Shown here in pieces: positions 17,316 through 24,849 of a DNA stretch of 24,849 nucleotides. Origin of the DNA: a virus (taxonomy: Duplodnaviria; Caudoviricetes); the IMG/VR virus record IMGVR_UViG_3300032312_002346, positions 1-24,849 of that record, one strand, 5' to 3'. Under the pieces are notes generated by a model. That model was not told the origin of the DNA. It made no database searches and worked only from the letters and a program-made list of their open reading frames with translations. Made by a program: the position numbers and the translations under genes. Each line of letters opens with the position of its first letter. The stretch's first letter is position 1.

Positions 17316-18287
17316 TTAAAATAAATCCGACACAGCAAAACTTTGAGACTTCTTAGAATATTCAACGGGTCTACTATGGAAAAAATCTGTCATATTATTT
17401 CCAAGAACCTGCTCATCAAACCATGATGTTTTTGATAATAATTCATCATTAGTATCAAATATTTTTTGATATCCTATTTGTTGAAGAGATTCGTTCATTC
17501 TGTTTTTAATAAATTCTTCTACTAAATCAAAATTTAATGTTTCATGACCATAGCCATTAATTATCCAGTGTATTATTTGAATTTCATATTTAACAGCTTC
17601 TTTAGCTTCATAAAGAATTTTATTTTCTAGTTCTTCATCAAATATTTCTGGATATTCATTTCTTATAGTATTAATTAGTCTTATACCTATCATTGAATGA
17701 AGATTTTCTTCTCTGGATGTATACTCAACTTGTTTATTTGTATCTTTTAATACATTTTTATGTCTACCAAACCAGCTTATGGTATAAAACTGAGAGAAAA
17801 GAGCTATATTTTCAACGAATAAAGTAAATAGTATTAGGGAATATATAAATTGTTTTTTATTGTTTTCATGAAATTTATGTAAATGTTTTCTTAAATAATT
17901 AACTCTGCCTTTAATAATATCTAATTTCAAAATTTCTTCAAAACTATCTTCAATTCCTAATACTTCTAATAATCTTTCATAAGCATCCCCATGTATAACT
18001 TCGACATTAGCCATAACATAGCCCATGTCATTAATAGATGGGTGTGGTAGATTATCTCCTAGTTTTGCCCAAAACTTTTTGACAGAGATTTCTAATTGAC
18101 CTATAGTTGATAGTGCTCGTATTATTATTTCTTTTTCTTGATTTGTTAAGTTAACTCTAAAGTCTTGCACGTCACTTTGAAAATTGAATTCTTTATGGGT
18201 CCAAAAGCCATTATGCATAGCTTCTATGAACTCTTGTGTCCAAGGATAATGGTCCGGTTTTCTAGTAATCTGTTCTTCAAAAATCAT
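17316..18287 (-). CDS. nrdB: Ribonucleotide reductase class I beta subunit (class Id-like)
   Basis: FWTHKE, QLEISVK, EVIHGDAY, FVENIALFSQF, REENLH, TDFFHSRPVEY. Confidence 0.94.
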   Translation of the reverse strand: MIFEEQITRKPDHYPWTQEFIEAMHNGFWTHKEFNFQSDVQDFRVNLTNQEKEIIIRALSTIGQLEISVKKFWAKLGDNLPHPSINDMGYVMANVEVIHGDAYERLLEVLGIEDSFEEILKLDIIKGRVNYLRKHLHKFHENNKKQFIYSLILFTLFVENIALFSQFYTISWFGRHKNVLKDTNKQVEYTSREENLHSMIGIRLINTIRNEYPEIFDEELENKILYEAKEAVKYEIQIIHWIINGYGHETLNFDLVEEFIKNRMNESLQQIGYQKIFDTNDELLSKTSWFDEQVLGNNMTDFFHSRPVEYSKKSQSFAVSDLF

Positions 18288-18291
18288 AATT

Positions 18292-18429
18292 TTACCTCTT
18301 GTTTAGTAATGACCATATACCTAATAAAATTGTGACCATAAACTGACGATTTGTAAGTTCATGATCACTTGATAATATATTTAATATTAAAAATATTAAT
18401 ACTGATATTTTAAACGCTATTGATATCAT
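18292..18429 (-). CDS. Small two-TM membrane protein, 45 aa (not in ORF track)
   Basis: MISIAFKISVLIFLILNILSSDHELTNRQFMVTILLGIWSLLNKR. ATGA-coupled to the dCMP deaminase stop and ends 4 nt before the nrdB ATG. Confidence 0.6.
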   Translation of the reverse strand: MISIAFKISVLIFLILNILSSDHELTNRQFMVTILLGIWSLLNKR

Positions 18430-18896
18430 AGTACACCACACAAGGTTTTCAACCAAGAAAGATCAGCTTTGGTTTTAAAAATTTGTATACCACTCATTTT
18501 AACAAAAAGATCAAATCTTTTTTGTTCTTCTTCTTTGAAAAGATGAGTACCGTGATCATCATTCATAACAATTTTTGTAACACCTTCTTGCCATAAAGCA
18601 ATTATACAATCATTGCAGCATTGACCAGTAACATATGCAATACCGTTGTCTGGCCTAACAACGCAATTGGCTAATGCATTTTTTTCAGCATGTATCATCC
18701 AATTATATTTTTCTGGCCTAGATGTTGGCAAATTTTCATCTATTAGTCCTCTTGGAAAACCATTATATCCTACTCCTAATATTCTATTATTAGAATCTGT
18801 AATTATACAGCCATGCTGAGTATGAATATCATGACTTCGTTGAGAAACAACTTTAGCCAGTCCTAAGAAATAATCAGTCCATGTTGGTCGTTGCAT
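18426..18896 (-). CDS. dCMP deaminase
   Basis: YFLGLA, RS.D, GYNGFPRG, HAEKNA, CCNDC Zn ligands (Q-C-C in place of the usual P-C). Confidence 0.9.
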   Translation of the reverse strand: MQRPTWTDYFLGLAKVVSQRSHDIHTQHGCIITDSNNRILGVGYNGFPRGLIDENLPTSRPEKYNWMIHAEKNALANCVVRPDNGIAYVTGQCCNDCIIALWQEGVTKIVMNDDHGTHLFKEEEQKRFDLFVKMSGIQIFKTKADLSWLKTLCGVL

Positions 18897-18897
18897 A

Positions 18898-18932
18898 GTG
18901 CTATATTATAGCACAGAATCAACTTGTGTCAA
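18898..18932 (-). promoter_or_regulatory. Sigma70-type promoter (TTGACA-N16-TATAAT) with palindrome over the -10
   Basis: Minus strand TTGACA CAAGTTGATTCTGTGC TATAAT ATAGCACT ATG. GTGCTATA-N-TATAGCAC is a perfect 8-1-8 inverted repeat (18898-18914). Confidence 0.8.
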
Positions 18933-18941
18933 CAGTGGATA

Positions 18942-19190
18942 TTATTGATTTTGTAATTTATTATAGACTATGAGAGCAATTATAGATCCAACAACTCCCA
19001 TAAATAATCCAGACGGAGATAAAGAATCATAATTACCAAGCAAGTACATTATCGCTCCGCCAGAATAAGAACCACATATTCCTAATGCTATTGTTTGTAA
19101 AAAACCAAATTTTTCTTCTCCTGGTACTATTGATTTTGCTATACTGCCAACAAATATACCATAAACACACCATATTAATATACTAAACAT
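18942..19190 (-). CDS. GlsB/YeaQ/YmgE (transglycosylase-associated) membrane protein
   Basis: W.VYGIFVG.IAK.IVPG, TIALGICGS..GG, GVVGSIIAL; three TM helices, 82 aa. Confidence 0.85.
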   Translation of the reverse strand: MFSILIWCVYGIFVGSIAKSIVPGEEKFGFLQTIALGICGSYSGGAIMYLLGNYDSLSPSGLFMGVVGSIIALIVYNKLQNQ

Positions 19191-19578
19191 TTGCAGCCTC
19201 CACTAGTGTTGAAACTTCATCATCCGTGAGGTTTTCTCCTGTGTCTAACAAAGCTTCTGTAATTTTAATACCATATTTATTAAAATCTTCTGCATTTAAT
19301 TGTTTTTTAACTATGCGCTTAATACGCATTCTGGTAAACCATCCTCTTTTTTTACTATAGGATCGTATATTTTCACCATAAACAGCACATTTATCATTTG
19401 CTGTCATATTTTGGGTTTTATTTTTATTACACTCTTGAAGTATTCTGATAACAGTTAACATAATACTAACCATCATAAGGATAGCAATTACGCTACCAAA
19501 ATTTTGATCTTCGGGTATATTTGAATCTTTCAATACTTTACGAGCTATATTATTTATTTTTGTATTATCTTTATTCAT
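19183..19578 (-). CDS. Hypothetical protein with one TM segment
   Basis: FGSVIAILMMVSIMLTVIRILQEC hydrophobic helix followed by basic GWFTRMRIKR. Confidence 0.75.
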   Translation of the reverse strand: MNKDNTKINNIARKVLKDSNIPEDQNFGSVIAILMMVSIMLTVIRILQECNKNKTQNMTANDKCAVYGENIRSYSKKRGWFTRMRIKRIVKKQLNAEDFNKYGIKITEALLDTGENLTDDEVSTLVEAANV

Positions 19579-19581
19579 ATA

Positions 19582-19926
19582 CTACTTTCTTATATTTGAA
19601 CAAGTACCGGTTATACAATTGGGTTGAAGATTAACCGGAGGATGAATGACAACTTTTGGTTTTTCTGTAGATGTTGCTTCTAATTTTTTAGAATCTGGTT
19701 CGCAATATCCACAATCAACTTTTGTTATTTTGTCTCCACTAATATAATACCCTTTTCCTAAACATACTGGACAATCTTTTCTTTTATATTTTTTATCTAC
19801 AACAACACTTTGAGCCTTAACTATACCTCCTGCTATCGTTACAGCAGCAGTTGTTGACCCGTCATATTTTTGACCAAATGCTGTTAATGCTGATCCTATT
19901 AAAACAAGAGAGATTAATTTATTCAT
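19582..19926 (-). CDS. Signal-peptide protein with CxxC Zn-finger-like motifs
   Basis: MNKLISLVLIGSALTAFG signal-like N-terminus; CPVCLGKG (DnaJ-like CxxCxGxG), CGYC, terminal CITGTC. Confidence 0.75.
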   Translation of the reverse strand: MNKLISLVLIGSALTAFGQKYDGSTTAAVTIAGGIVKAQSVVVDKKYKRKDCPVCLGKGYYISGDKITKVDCGYCEPDSKKLEATSTEKPKVVIHPPVNLQPNCITGTCSNIRK

Positions 19927-20080
19927 CTTTATTTCTCCATGGCAATATTTTTTTTCTTTTTGGTTTTGGAATTTCTATCTCATCAACAGCTTTGGGTGCA
20001 AAAATTTTTAGAATGCCTAAAATAAAATTTGAAATAATAATAATAAGTCTATTTAGTGCTATTTTATCTAAGAGTCTCAT
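19919..20080 (-). CDS. Small membrane protein with basic tail
   Basis: MRLLDKIALNRLIIIISNFILGILKIFAP...KPKRKKILPW; start reassigned to 20080 (GGAG RBS, 1 nt after the upstream stop). Confidence 0.7.
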   Translation of the reverse strand: MRLLDKIALNRLIIIISNFILGILKIFAPKAVDEIEIPKPKRKKILPWRNKDE

Positions 20081-20081
20081 A

Positions 20082-22148
20082 TTAAGCTCCACATGTGTTA
20101 CCTTCATTCCATGCTGATGGTATAGGATCCTTAACGCTAATAGCTACTCCGGGATAAAGACCAGCATCTACGCTTATCCATTCTCCTATTGGAGCAGCAT
20201 TGCACGTGACCGGTACTTTTGCCATATTCCATGAATAGGAATTTGTTTCATCAATAAAGTCGCTATAATCTGTAAAACTATTCAATAAAACCTCTGGTAT
20301 TCCTCCAGTAGTATATTCCATGGTATAATGCGAAACGAATACACTATTCTCAATCTTACCTAAATGCCATTTATTTACAATAAATCTCATTTGATAATTA
20401 CCATTTCCACTATTAAGATTAATATATCTATTTGTAGTGGAATCATGTCCGTATTGTCCTACAAGATCAGAAGCACCGGGCTCAAAGCCGAATTTTCCAT
20501 CAACAGATATTATATAAACTCCTGGAAATGCTGGTTCAAATGCTGCAGAATCACACGGTATTAATCTAGCCCATGCAACTCCTTCAGCGGATTCATTGAG
20601 TGGTGCAGTATTCCAATATAAATCAACACCAGGATATGAGTATGTTACATTATTACTAATATCTGTTTTTACAAAATTAAATTCTTTATTGATCCATGAT
20701 CTTAGTGCTTCTGGAGTATTTTCTCCATTGTAATTAATAAAAATCATTTGTCCGGAATTGGCTTTATAAAGATTAGCAGTTGATTTGGTGGTTTTCACTA
20801 ATGGATAAATATTATCTGCAATTCCAGAATATACAACTTTTAATCCAGTAACAGACTCTGCTGTAAAATACGCTCCTGTAGGACGAGCAAGGTTATCTCC
20901 ACAAGCAAAGTCAGCATTGATATATGATCCTAAACAGGAAGCAGATATACTTGTAAAGCCTGTTGATACTGGAGTAATGCTGTCAAAATCGTTACATACT
21001 GTACCGCTTTGTCTACACGAGAATGAAAAGGTTATCCATGCCTCCATAGGAGTTTTATTTTGGAATAATCTTGTTTCATTAACTGTAAACGATCCGTGAC
21101 TAATAGATCCTCCAAATTTTGGTCTTATTCCAGAGAAATTACTTAATTTAGTATCATAGGTGACGCTATCAAAAGGAATACCACTAGCAGATGTTTTATA
21201 TGAGAATCCAAGATGTGCTAGTCCTGTGCATGATCCTACTATAGCGGTAGTTGTATCTGATAAATCATATGTTGCTGGATTATTTGTTATTCCACTCAGT
21301 CCAACAGTGTATGGTCCACTTATTGATGTGGCATATCCACTTGGAAAACATTCCACTGATGGAATCCAACTTGGATTACCCGCATTAGATGTTTTTGTAC
21401 CACTAATCTTATGCCCCACTGAATCGGCAATGACCCAATCATTATATTCATGTCTCCATCTAATTGGTAAATTAAATCCAACTACTGCTCTGTGTCCTGA
21501 TCCTGTTGGAGAACTAGCTGGAGTGCCGCCAGCAGATGTAACGTCTGATGGGGCTTGCATAGCGGTAAAGACAAATTTACCAGGATATGCAAATACTCCA
21601 CTTAAATTAGAGGTATGATTAGTGAGTCTGGCTGCCTCAAGATAACCTTTATATGTTGGCTCATCGCTAGTTTCTACTAAATTTACCAATAACTCATCAT
21701 AATAGGTCGCATTGCCAGCATCAGGATATTTTGATAATGATGTTTGACTTAATTCAGTGTTATAGATCCAATTTCCTGCTCTCCAATCAAAAATATATGC
21801 TCCACTAAATACTGGATCATATGGTATTTTAATTTCTATTCTACTAGATAAATTTGTAAGAGGAGGGGTTCCGCACAATACAGAGTATGCATTATTAGGT
21901 ATCGGATTAACTTGTCCATTAATATTACCAGATGGAAAATGCCAAAATGGTACAGTTAAACTTATTTGATGGGTGATTCGCTGGAGCGCACAAGCGATGT
22001 TTGGGTGTTCCCATAATGTAGCGAAAGTTGATGGACAGCATTCTATACATTCATTTCCACTAGGCATAAAAACATATGCTATTCCCTGATCGTATCTAAT
22101 GTACGGTTGCCCTGCTGAATATTTAATATTGTATGTTGGATCACTCAT
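20082..22148 (-). CDS. Large Ser/Gly/Thr/Cys-rich hypothetical protein (possible virion-associated or fibre-like protein)
   Basis: 688-aa open frame with AGGA RBS. About 15 xSG tripeptides, low Lys, appears beta-rich. No signal peptide and no catalytic motif recognised. Confidence 0.7.
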   Translation of the reverse strand: MSDPTYNIKYSAGQPYIRYDQGIAYVFMPSGNECIECCPSTFATLWEHPNIACALQRITHQISLTVPFWHFPSGNINGQVNPIPNNAYSVLCGTPPLTNLSSRIEIKIPYDPVFSGAYIFDWRAGNWIYNTELSQTSLSKYPDAGNATYYDELLVNLVETSDEPTYKGYLEAARLTNHTSNLSGVFAYPGKFVFTAMQAPSDVTSAGGTPASSPTGSGHRAVVGFNLPIRWRHEYNDWVIADSVGHKISGTKTSNAGNPSWIPSVECFPSGYATSISGPYTVGLSGITNNPATYDLSDTTTAIVGSCTGLAHLGFSYKTSASGIPFDSVTYDTKLSNFSGIRPKFGGSISHGSFTVNETRLFQNKTPMEAWITFSFSCRQSGTVCNDFDSITPVSTGFTSISASCLGSYINADFACGDNLARPTGAYFTAESVTGLKVVYSGIADNIYPLVKTTKSTANLYKANSGQMIFINYNGENTPEALRSWINKEFNFVKTDISNNVTYSYPGVDLYWNTAPLNESAEGVAWARLIPCDSAAFEPAFPGVYIISVDGKFGFEPGASDLVGQYGHDSTTNRYINLNSGNGNYQMRFIVNKWHLGKIENSVFVSHYTMEYTTGGIPEVLLNSFTDYSDFIDETNSYSWNMAKVPVTCNAAPIGEWISVDAGLYPGVAISVKDPIPSAWNEGNTCGA

Positions 22149-22157
22149 AATAATTCC

Positions 22158-23081
22158 TTATAGATATGTAAAACCATAATCAGGTAGTTTTTGAACGGGA
22201 AAGCCATCAAAATTACTAAATGCATAACTACCATTAGCCGCTAACATACCAGCAGCAACTTCTGCTCGTATTAAAAACGATCCGTCAGGTATTGGACCCC
22301 AATCAGGATGTCCACCATCATTCCATTTTCCCCAACTATTTTGAACTAAGAATAATGGCTCACTACCAGTATCGTCACAGGCTATCCAAGCCATAGCGTG
22401 GGCCCAATTACCACTAACGTTAGCAATACCCTTTTTATCTCTTTTATTACTAAATCCATAATTCGAACATACTGATAATCCATAACCATTTGCAAGAGCG
22501 TCTCTCGCTTCTTCTATGGTTCTTACTAAACTAACAGTTTTAATTTGATGATCATTAGCTAAATCAATAACAGGATCAGGTAAACCTCGTCCACCCCAAC
22601 CAGCTCCTAGATTTCCATTATATTTAGTAAAGTCAACTACGCCCTTATAGTTTTTTCTAATTACTATACCGCCATTCTTGCTAACGAATTCAGCAGCTCG
22701 TGAGCAACTCATTCCTTGTCCACCATGACCTCGTGCTCCATAGATTGCTTCTGTTGCTCCTCTTGCTATCCAAGCTTCTCTGTCATTATGTACATCTATT
22801 TCTACTGCTCGACTAACATCACAAGCATTTCGTGTTGCATGACTGACACAATCTCCAGTGGTTTGTCTTTCATTATAAGGATTCTTGTCAAATTTCAATA
22901 CACTCTTGTATGGAGTTGATAACTTGCCTTTACCACTAGTTTTAATTTTTTTATTAGCATCACCAAATAATGGATATTTACTTACTTCCATAAGATGGTC
23001 ATATACATGCTGCTCCCATAAGCAACCACTGAAACCTTTACGGTAATTATTATATAACTCGGCTGGCGTGAAACGTGCCAT
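22158..23081 (-). CDS. Papain-like cysteine peptidase (C1 family)
   Basis: RQTTGDCVSHA (oxyanion Q, catalytic C), WAHAMA (H), VQNSWG (N). Start reassigned to MARFTP (TAATG coupling at 23081). Confidence 0.85.
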   Translation of the reverse strand: MARFTPAELYNNYRKGFSGCLWEQHVYDHLMEVSKYPLFGDANKKIKTSGKGKLSTPYKSVLKFDKNPYNERQTTGDCVSHATRNACDVSRAVEIDVHNDREAWIARGATEAIYGARGHGGQGMSCSRAAEFVSKNGGIVIRKNYKGVVDFTKYNGNLGAGWGGRGLPDPVIDLANDHQIKTVSLVRTIEEARDALANGYGLSVCSNYGFSNKRDKKGIANVSGNWAHAMAWIACDDTGSEPLFLVQNSWGKWNDGGHPDWGPIPDGSFLIRAEVAAGMLAANGSYAFSNFDGFPVQKLPDYGFTYL

Positions 23082-23581
23082 TATTTGCTCCCTTCGTAAC
23101 ATGCCCATGCTAATGCATTAAAGGCATCTACTGCTTTAGATCTAAGATCACTATTTAAAAGAACCTGATCGTCTCCAACAACAGAAACAACTAGAGACTG
23201 ATTAGCTTCTGCTAAATCTGGATATTTGCCCTTTATATCCAAATCAACCATTAAGCCAGAAATTCTATTGGCTTGACGTATTTCTTCGGTATTTTTAATA
23301 ACCTGATCTTCCCCGTCCAATGAAATAAGCTTAGCAATATCAACATATAGTTTAGCTAATTTTTTTCCATCGGCTTTTCTGTCGCTAGATACTGATAATG
23401 CTTTAATTACATTTTCAGACTTTTCTAGCAAAAGTTCCGATGAAGGTTTTTCTACCTTAATATCTTCGACAATAACTGCTGATGGCCTAGGTCCATCTAA
23501 TAAATTTGTTATAAATGGAGGTTTTAATAGTCCGATACCTATTAATACAGCAGCTATAATTAGTAATGTGCTTTTATTCAT
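23081..23581 (-). CDS. Membrane-anchored helical protein
   Basis: N-terminal TM LLIIAAVLIGIGLL, Pro-rich linker, helical body; AAGGA RBS. Confidence 0.75.
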   Translation of the reverse strand: MNKSTLLIIAAVLIGIGLLKPPFITNLLDGPRPSAVIVEDIKVEKPSSELLLEKSENVIKALSVSSDRKADGKKLAKLYVDIAKLISLDGEDQVIKNTEEIRQANRISGLMVDLDIKGKYPDLAEANQSLVVSVVGDDQVLLNSDLRSKAVDAFNALAWACYEGSK

Positions 23582-23598
23582 AATAATATTATCCTTAT

Positions 23599-23982
23599 TC
23601 AGACTTTGGTTGATGGAACAACTTTATTTCCACATGCTGTTGGACTAAGATATGGAAAAGTTTGATCTAGTGCTTTAACAGCCTCTTCACAATCGCTTTT
23701 TACTGCTAAATCACGGGTTTGTTTCCATGATGCGATAAGCTGAAAAAATACATCTTCTTTTGGTGATTCTGGAACTTTTACCGAAACAACTGGTGTTAGT
23801 AGGTTTGATTCTATGGATTTATTAGACTTAACCTTTGCAATCAAATCTGATATAATTTTTTGTACTGGACTAAGTCTATCTTTAAATAGCACCCATAATA
23901 CTACGCCTAAACCAGCATATAGTGCTAAGTCTAAAGAGGTTACTCTTGTGGCAAACTGTTCGAAACTTTCTGTGTAATTCAT
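23599..23982 (-). CDS. Single-TM hypothetical protein
   Basis: LALYAGLGVVLWVLF TM; ATGA-coupled; GAGG RBS. Confidence 0.75.
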   Translation of the reverse strand: MNYTESFEQFATRVTSLDLALYAGLGVVLWVLFKDRLSPVQKIISDLIAKVKSNKSIESNLLTPVVSVKVPESPKEDVFFQLIASWKQTRDLAVKSDCEEAVKALDQTFPYLSPTACGNKVVPSTKV

Positions 23983-24416
23983 TTCTTTTTCCTCGCTTTA
24001 ATTTTACGCTTATTTGATTGTGACGAAACTACTGTTTGTGATTTAAAAACACCAACTTGTTTAAATGTTGTTACCATAGCATCTATACTTGAGCTTACTA
24101 ATGCCATCAAAAAGATTTTAACATAATTACGAATTATAGGTTGTACAAAACTCGGAATCATCGGAATATCAATCATTATGAATACATTGTCATAAAACTT
24201 AGACAAATAATCCATAGCAATAACTTTTTTATCCGGTCCTGTTAGATCTCCAGAATTTTTTTCTAATACCTGAATGGTCTCAGCAATAGCTAATTGTAAA
24301 ATTTTCCAAGCCTGAGCAATAGCAACAGATTTAACTTCACCTAAAGAAGATTTTACTTGAGAGATTAAATTATCAATATGGCTTTTAATTATGTTTACAG
24401 AAGCAGTATCTGGCAT
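23979..24416 (-). CDS. Hypothetical amphipathic protein with basic C-tail
   Basis: Start reassigned to MPDTAS (AAAGGA RBS). The GTG at 24458 lies inside the GGTGTA motif. Contains GPDKK..A and DIPMIP.FV segments. Confidence 0.75.
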   Translation of the reverse strand: MPDTASVNIIKSHIDNLISQVKSSLGEVKSVAIAQAWKILQLAIAETIQVLEKNSGDLTGPDKKVIAMDYLSKFYDNVFIMIDIPMIPSFVQPIIRNYVKIFLMALVSSSIDAMVTTFKQVGVFKSQTVVSSQSNKRKIKARKKK

Positions 24417-24445
24417 AGCTTTTCCTTTATTGAGAAATCCAGTCT

Positions 24446-24459
24446 TATAATAATACACC
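24446..24459 (-). promoter_or_regulatory. GGTGTA-AT-rich motif (candidate phage-specific promoter)
   Basis: GGTGTATTATTATA, intergenic, ending about 30 nt upstream of ATG 24416; 13/14 identical to the copy upstream of phoH. Confidence 0.55.
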
Positions 24460-24472
24460 GTGAGTATACTGA

Positions 24473-24793
24473 CTACTCTGCTTTTGGCTGGATAGTTTTT
24501 TTAGTAGTTTTTCTTTTAGTTTTAGCATTCCTTTTACTAGCAATTTTTCTTTCTTCTGGACTAGCTGTATTCCACCATGTTTTTTTAAGATCTGTTCTTC
24601 CTTTAATATATTTAAATAAAAGAGTTAATTGACCAATAATTAATATTACAGCTTCTACTCCCTTGCTAGTTTCTTGTATTAAATCTTCTTTTTGATTAAA
24701 ATTATCTAATACTCCAAATAAATAAGCTCCACTAAAAATAAAGCTTACTAATGTAAACCAAAATTCACTAGTTCTATAACCAGGTTTGATCAT
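24473..24793 (-). CDS. Holin-like membrane protein
   Basis: KPGYRTSEFW N-terminal motif, two hydrophobic segments, highly basic C-tail (KRNAKTKRKTTKK); GGAG RBS. Confidence 0.6.
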   Translation of the reverse strand: MIKPGYRTSEFWFTLVSFIFSGAYLFGVLDNFNQKEDLIQETSKGVEAVILIIGQLTLLFKYIKGRTDLKKTWWNTASPEERKIASKRNAKTKRKTTKKTIQPKAE

Positions 24794-24824
24794 TTTATGA
24801 CTCCAATAAATATGAGATAATATC

Positions 24825-24840
24825 TATTATTAGATACACC
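24825..24840 (-). promoter_or_regulatory. GGTGTA-AT-rich motif upstream of the holin-like gene
   Basis: GGTGTATCTAATAATA ending about 30 nt upstream of ATG 24793. Confidence 0.5.
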
Positions 24841-24849
24841 TAATCTAAA

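Noticed and set aside
21160-21618. 152-aa plus-strand ORF and the other plus-strand ORFs in the track (e.g. 40..222, 322..684, 1041..1340)
   Set aside because: All are antisense shadows of convincing minus-strand genes, with no motifs or RBS.
24417-24458. Longer N-termini given by the ORF track (24458, 23108, 20107, 12197, 10378, 9536)
   Set aside because: Downstream ATGs have RBS and/or stop-start coupling and remove implausible overlaps.
1-24849. Alternative genetic code (TAG/TGA recoding)
   Set aside because: Recognisable proteins are full length in code 11, and TAG/TGA stops (e.g. 6118, 19582, 24473, 725) fall at gene boundaries.
1-24849. tRNA, rRNA or other structured ncRNA genes
   Set aside because: Intergenic gaps are all under about 80 nt and are explained by promoters, RBS or a terminator; no cloverleaf was seen.

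Overview
AT-rich, densely packed window with every credible gene on the minus strand and many coupled by ATGA/TAATG-type overlaps. It looks like part of a large dsDNA tailed-phage genome, although no capsid, terminase or recognisable tail genes are present. In transcription order (right to left) there are three blocks. (1) 24793-18942: a membrane/envelope cluster with a holin-like protein, several TM proteins, a papain-like C1 protease, a 688-aa Ser/Gly/Thr-rich protein and a GlsB/YeaQ-family protein. (2) 18896-14417: nucleotide metabolism (dCMP deaminase, NrdB/NrdA with class Id-like signatures, dUTPase, PhoH). (3) 14442-285: replication/recombination (HNH, two paralogous unknown proteins, FmdB Zn-ribbon, HTH protein, RecA/UvsX, PD-(D/E)XK nucleases, DnaB, DnaG, dNMP kinase, DnaE, DEDDh exonuclease, SSB), followed by the truncated start of a glycosyltransferase. 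The most striking feature is a DNA polymerase III alpha (DnaE) split into two intein-free genes at the palm/fingers boundary, with a 59-aa ORF and a proofreading exonuclease gene between the halves. Two candidate promoter classes are visible: TTGACA-N16-TATAAT carrying palindromes, and a GGTGTA-AT-rich motif. All assignments come from reading motifs by eye; no database searches were run.
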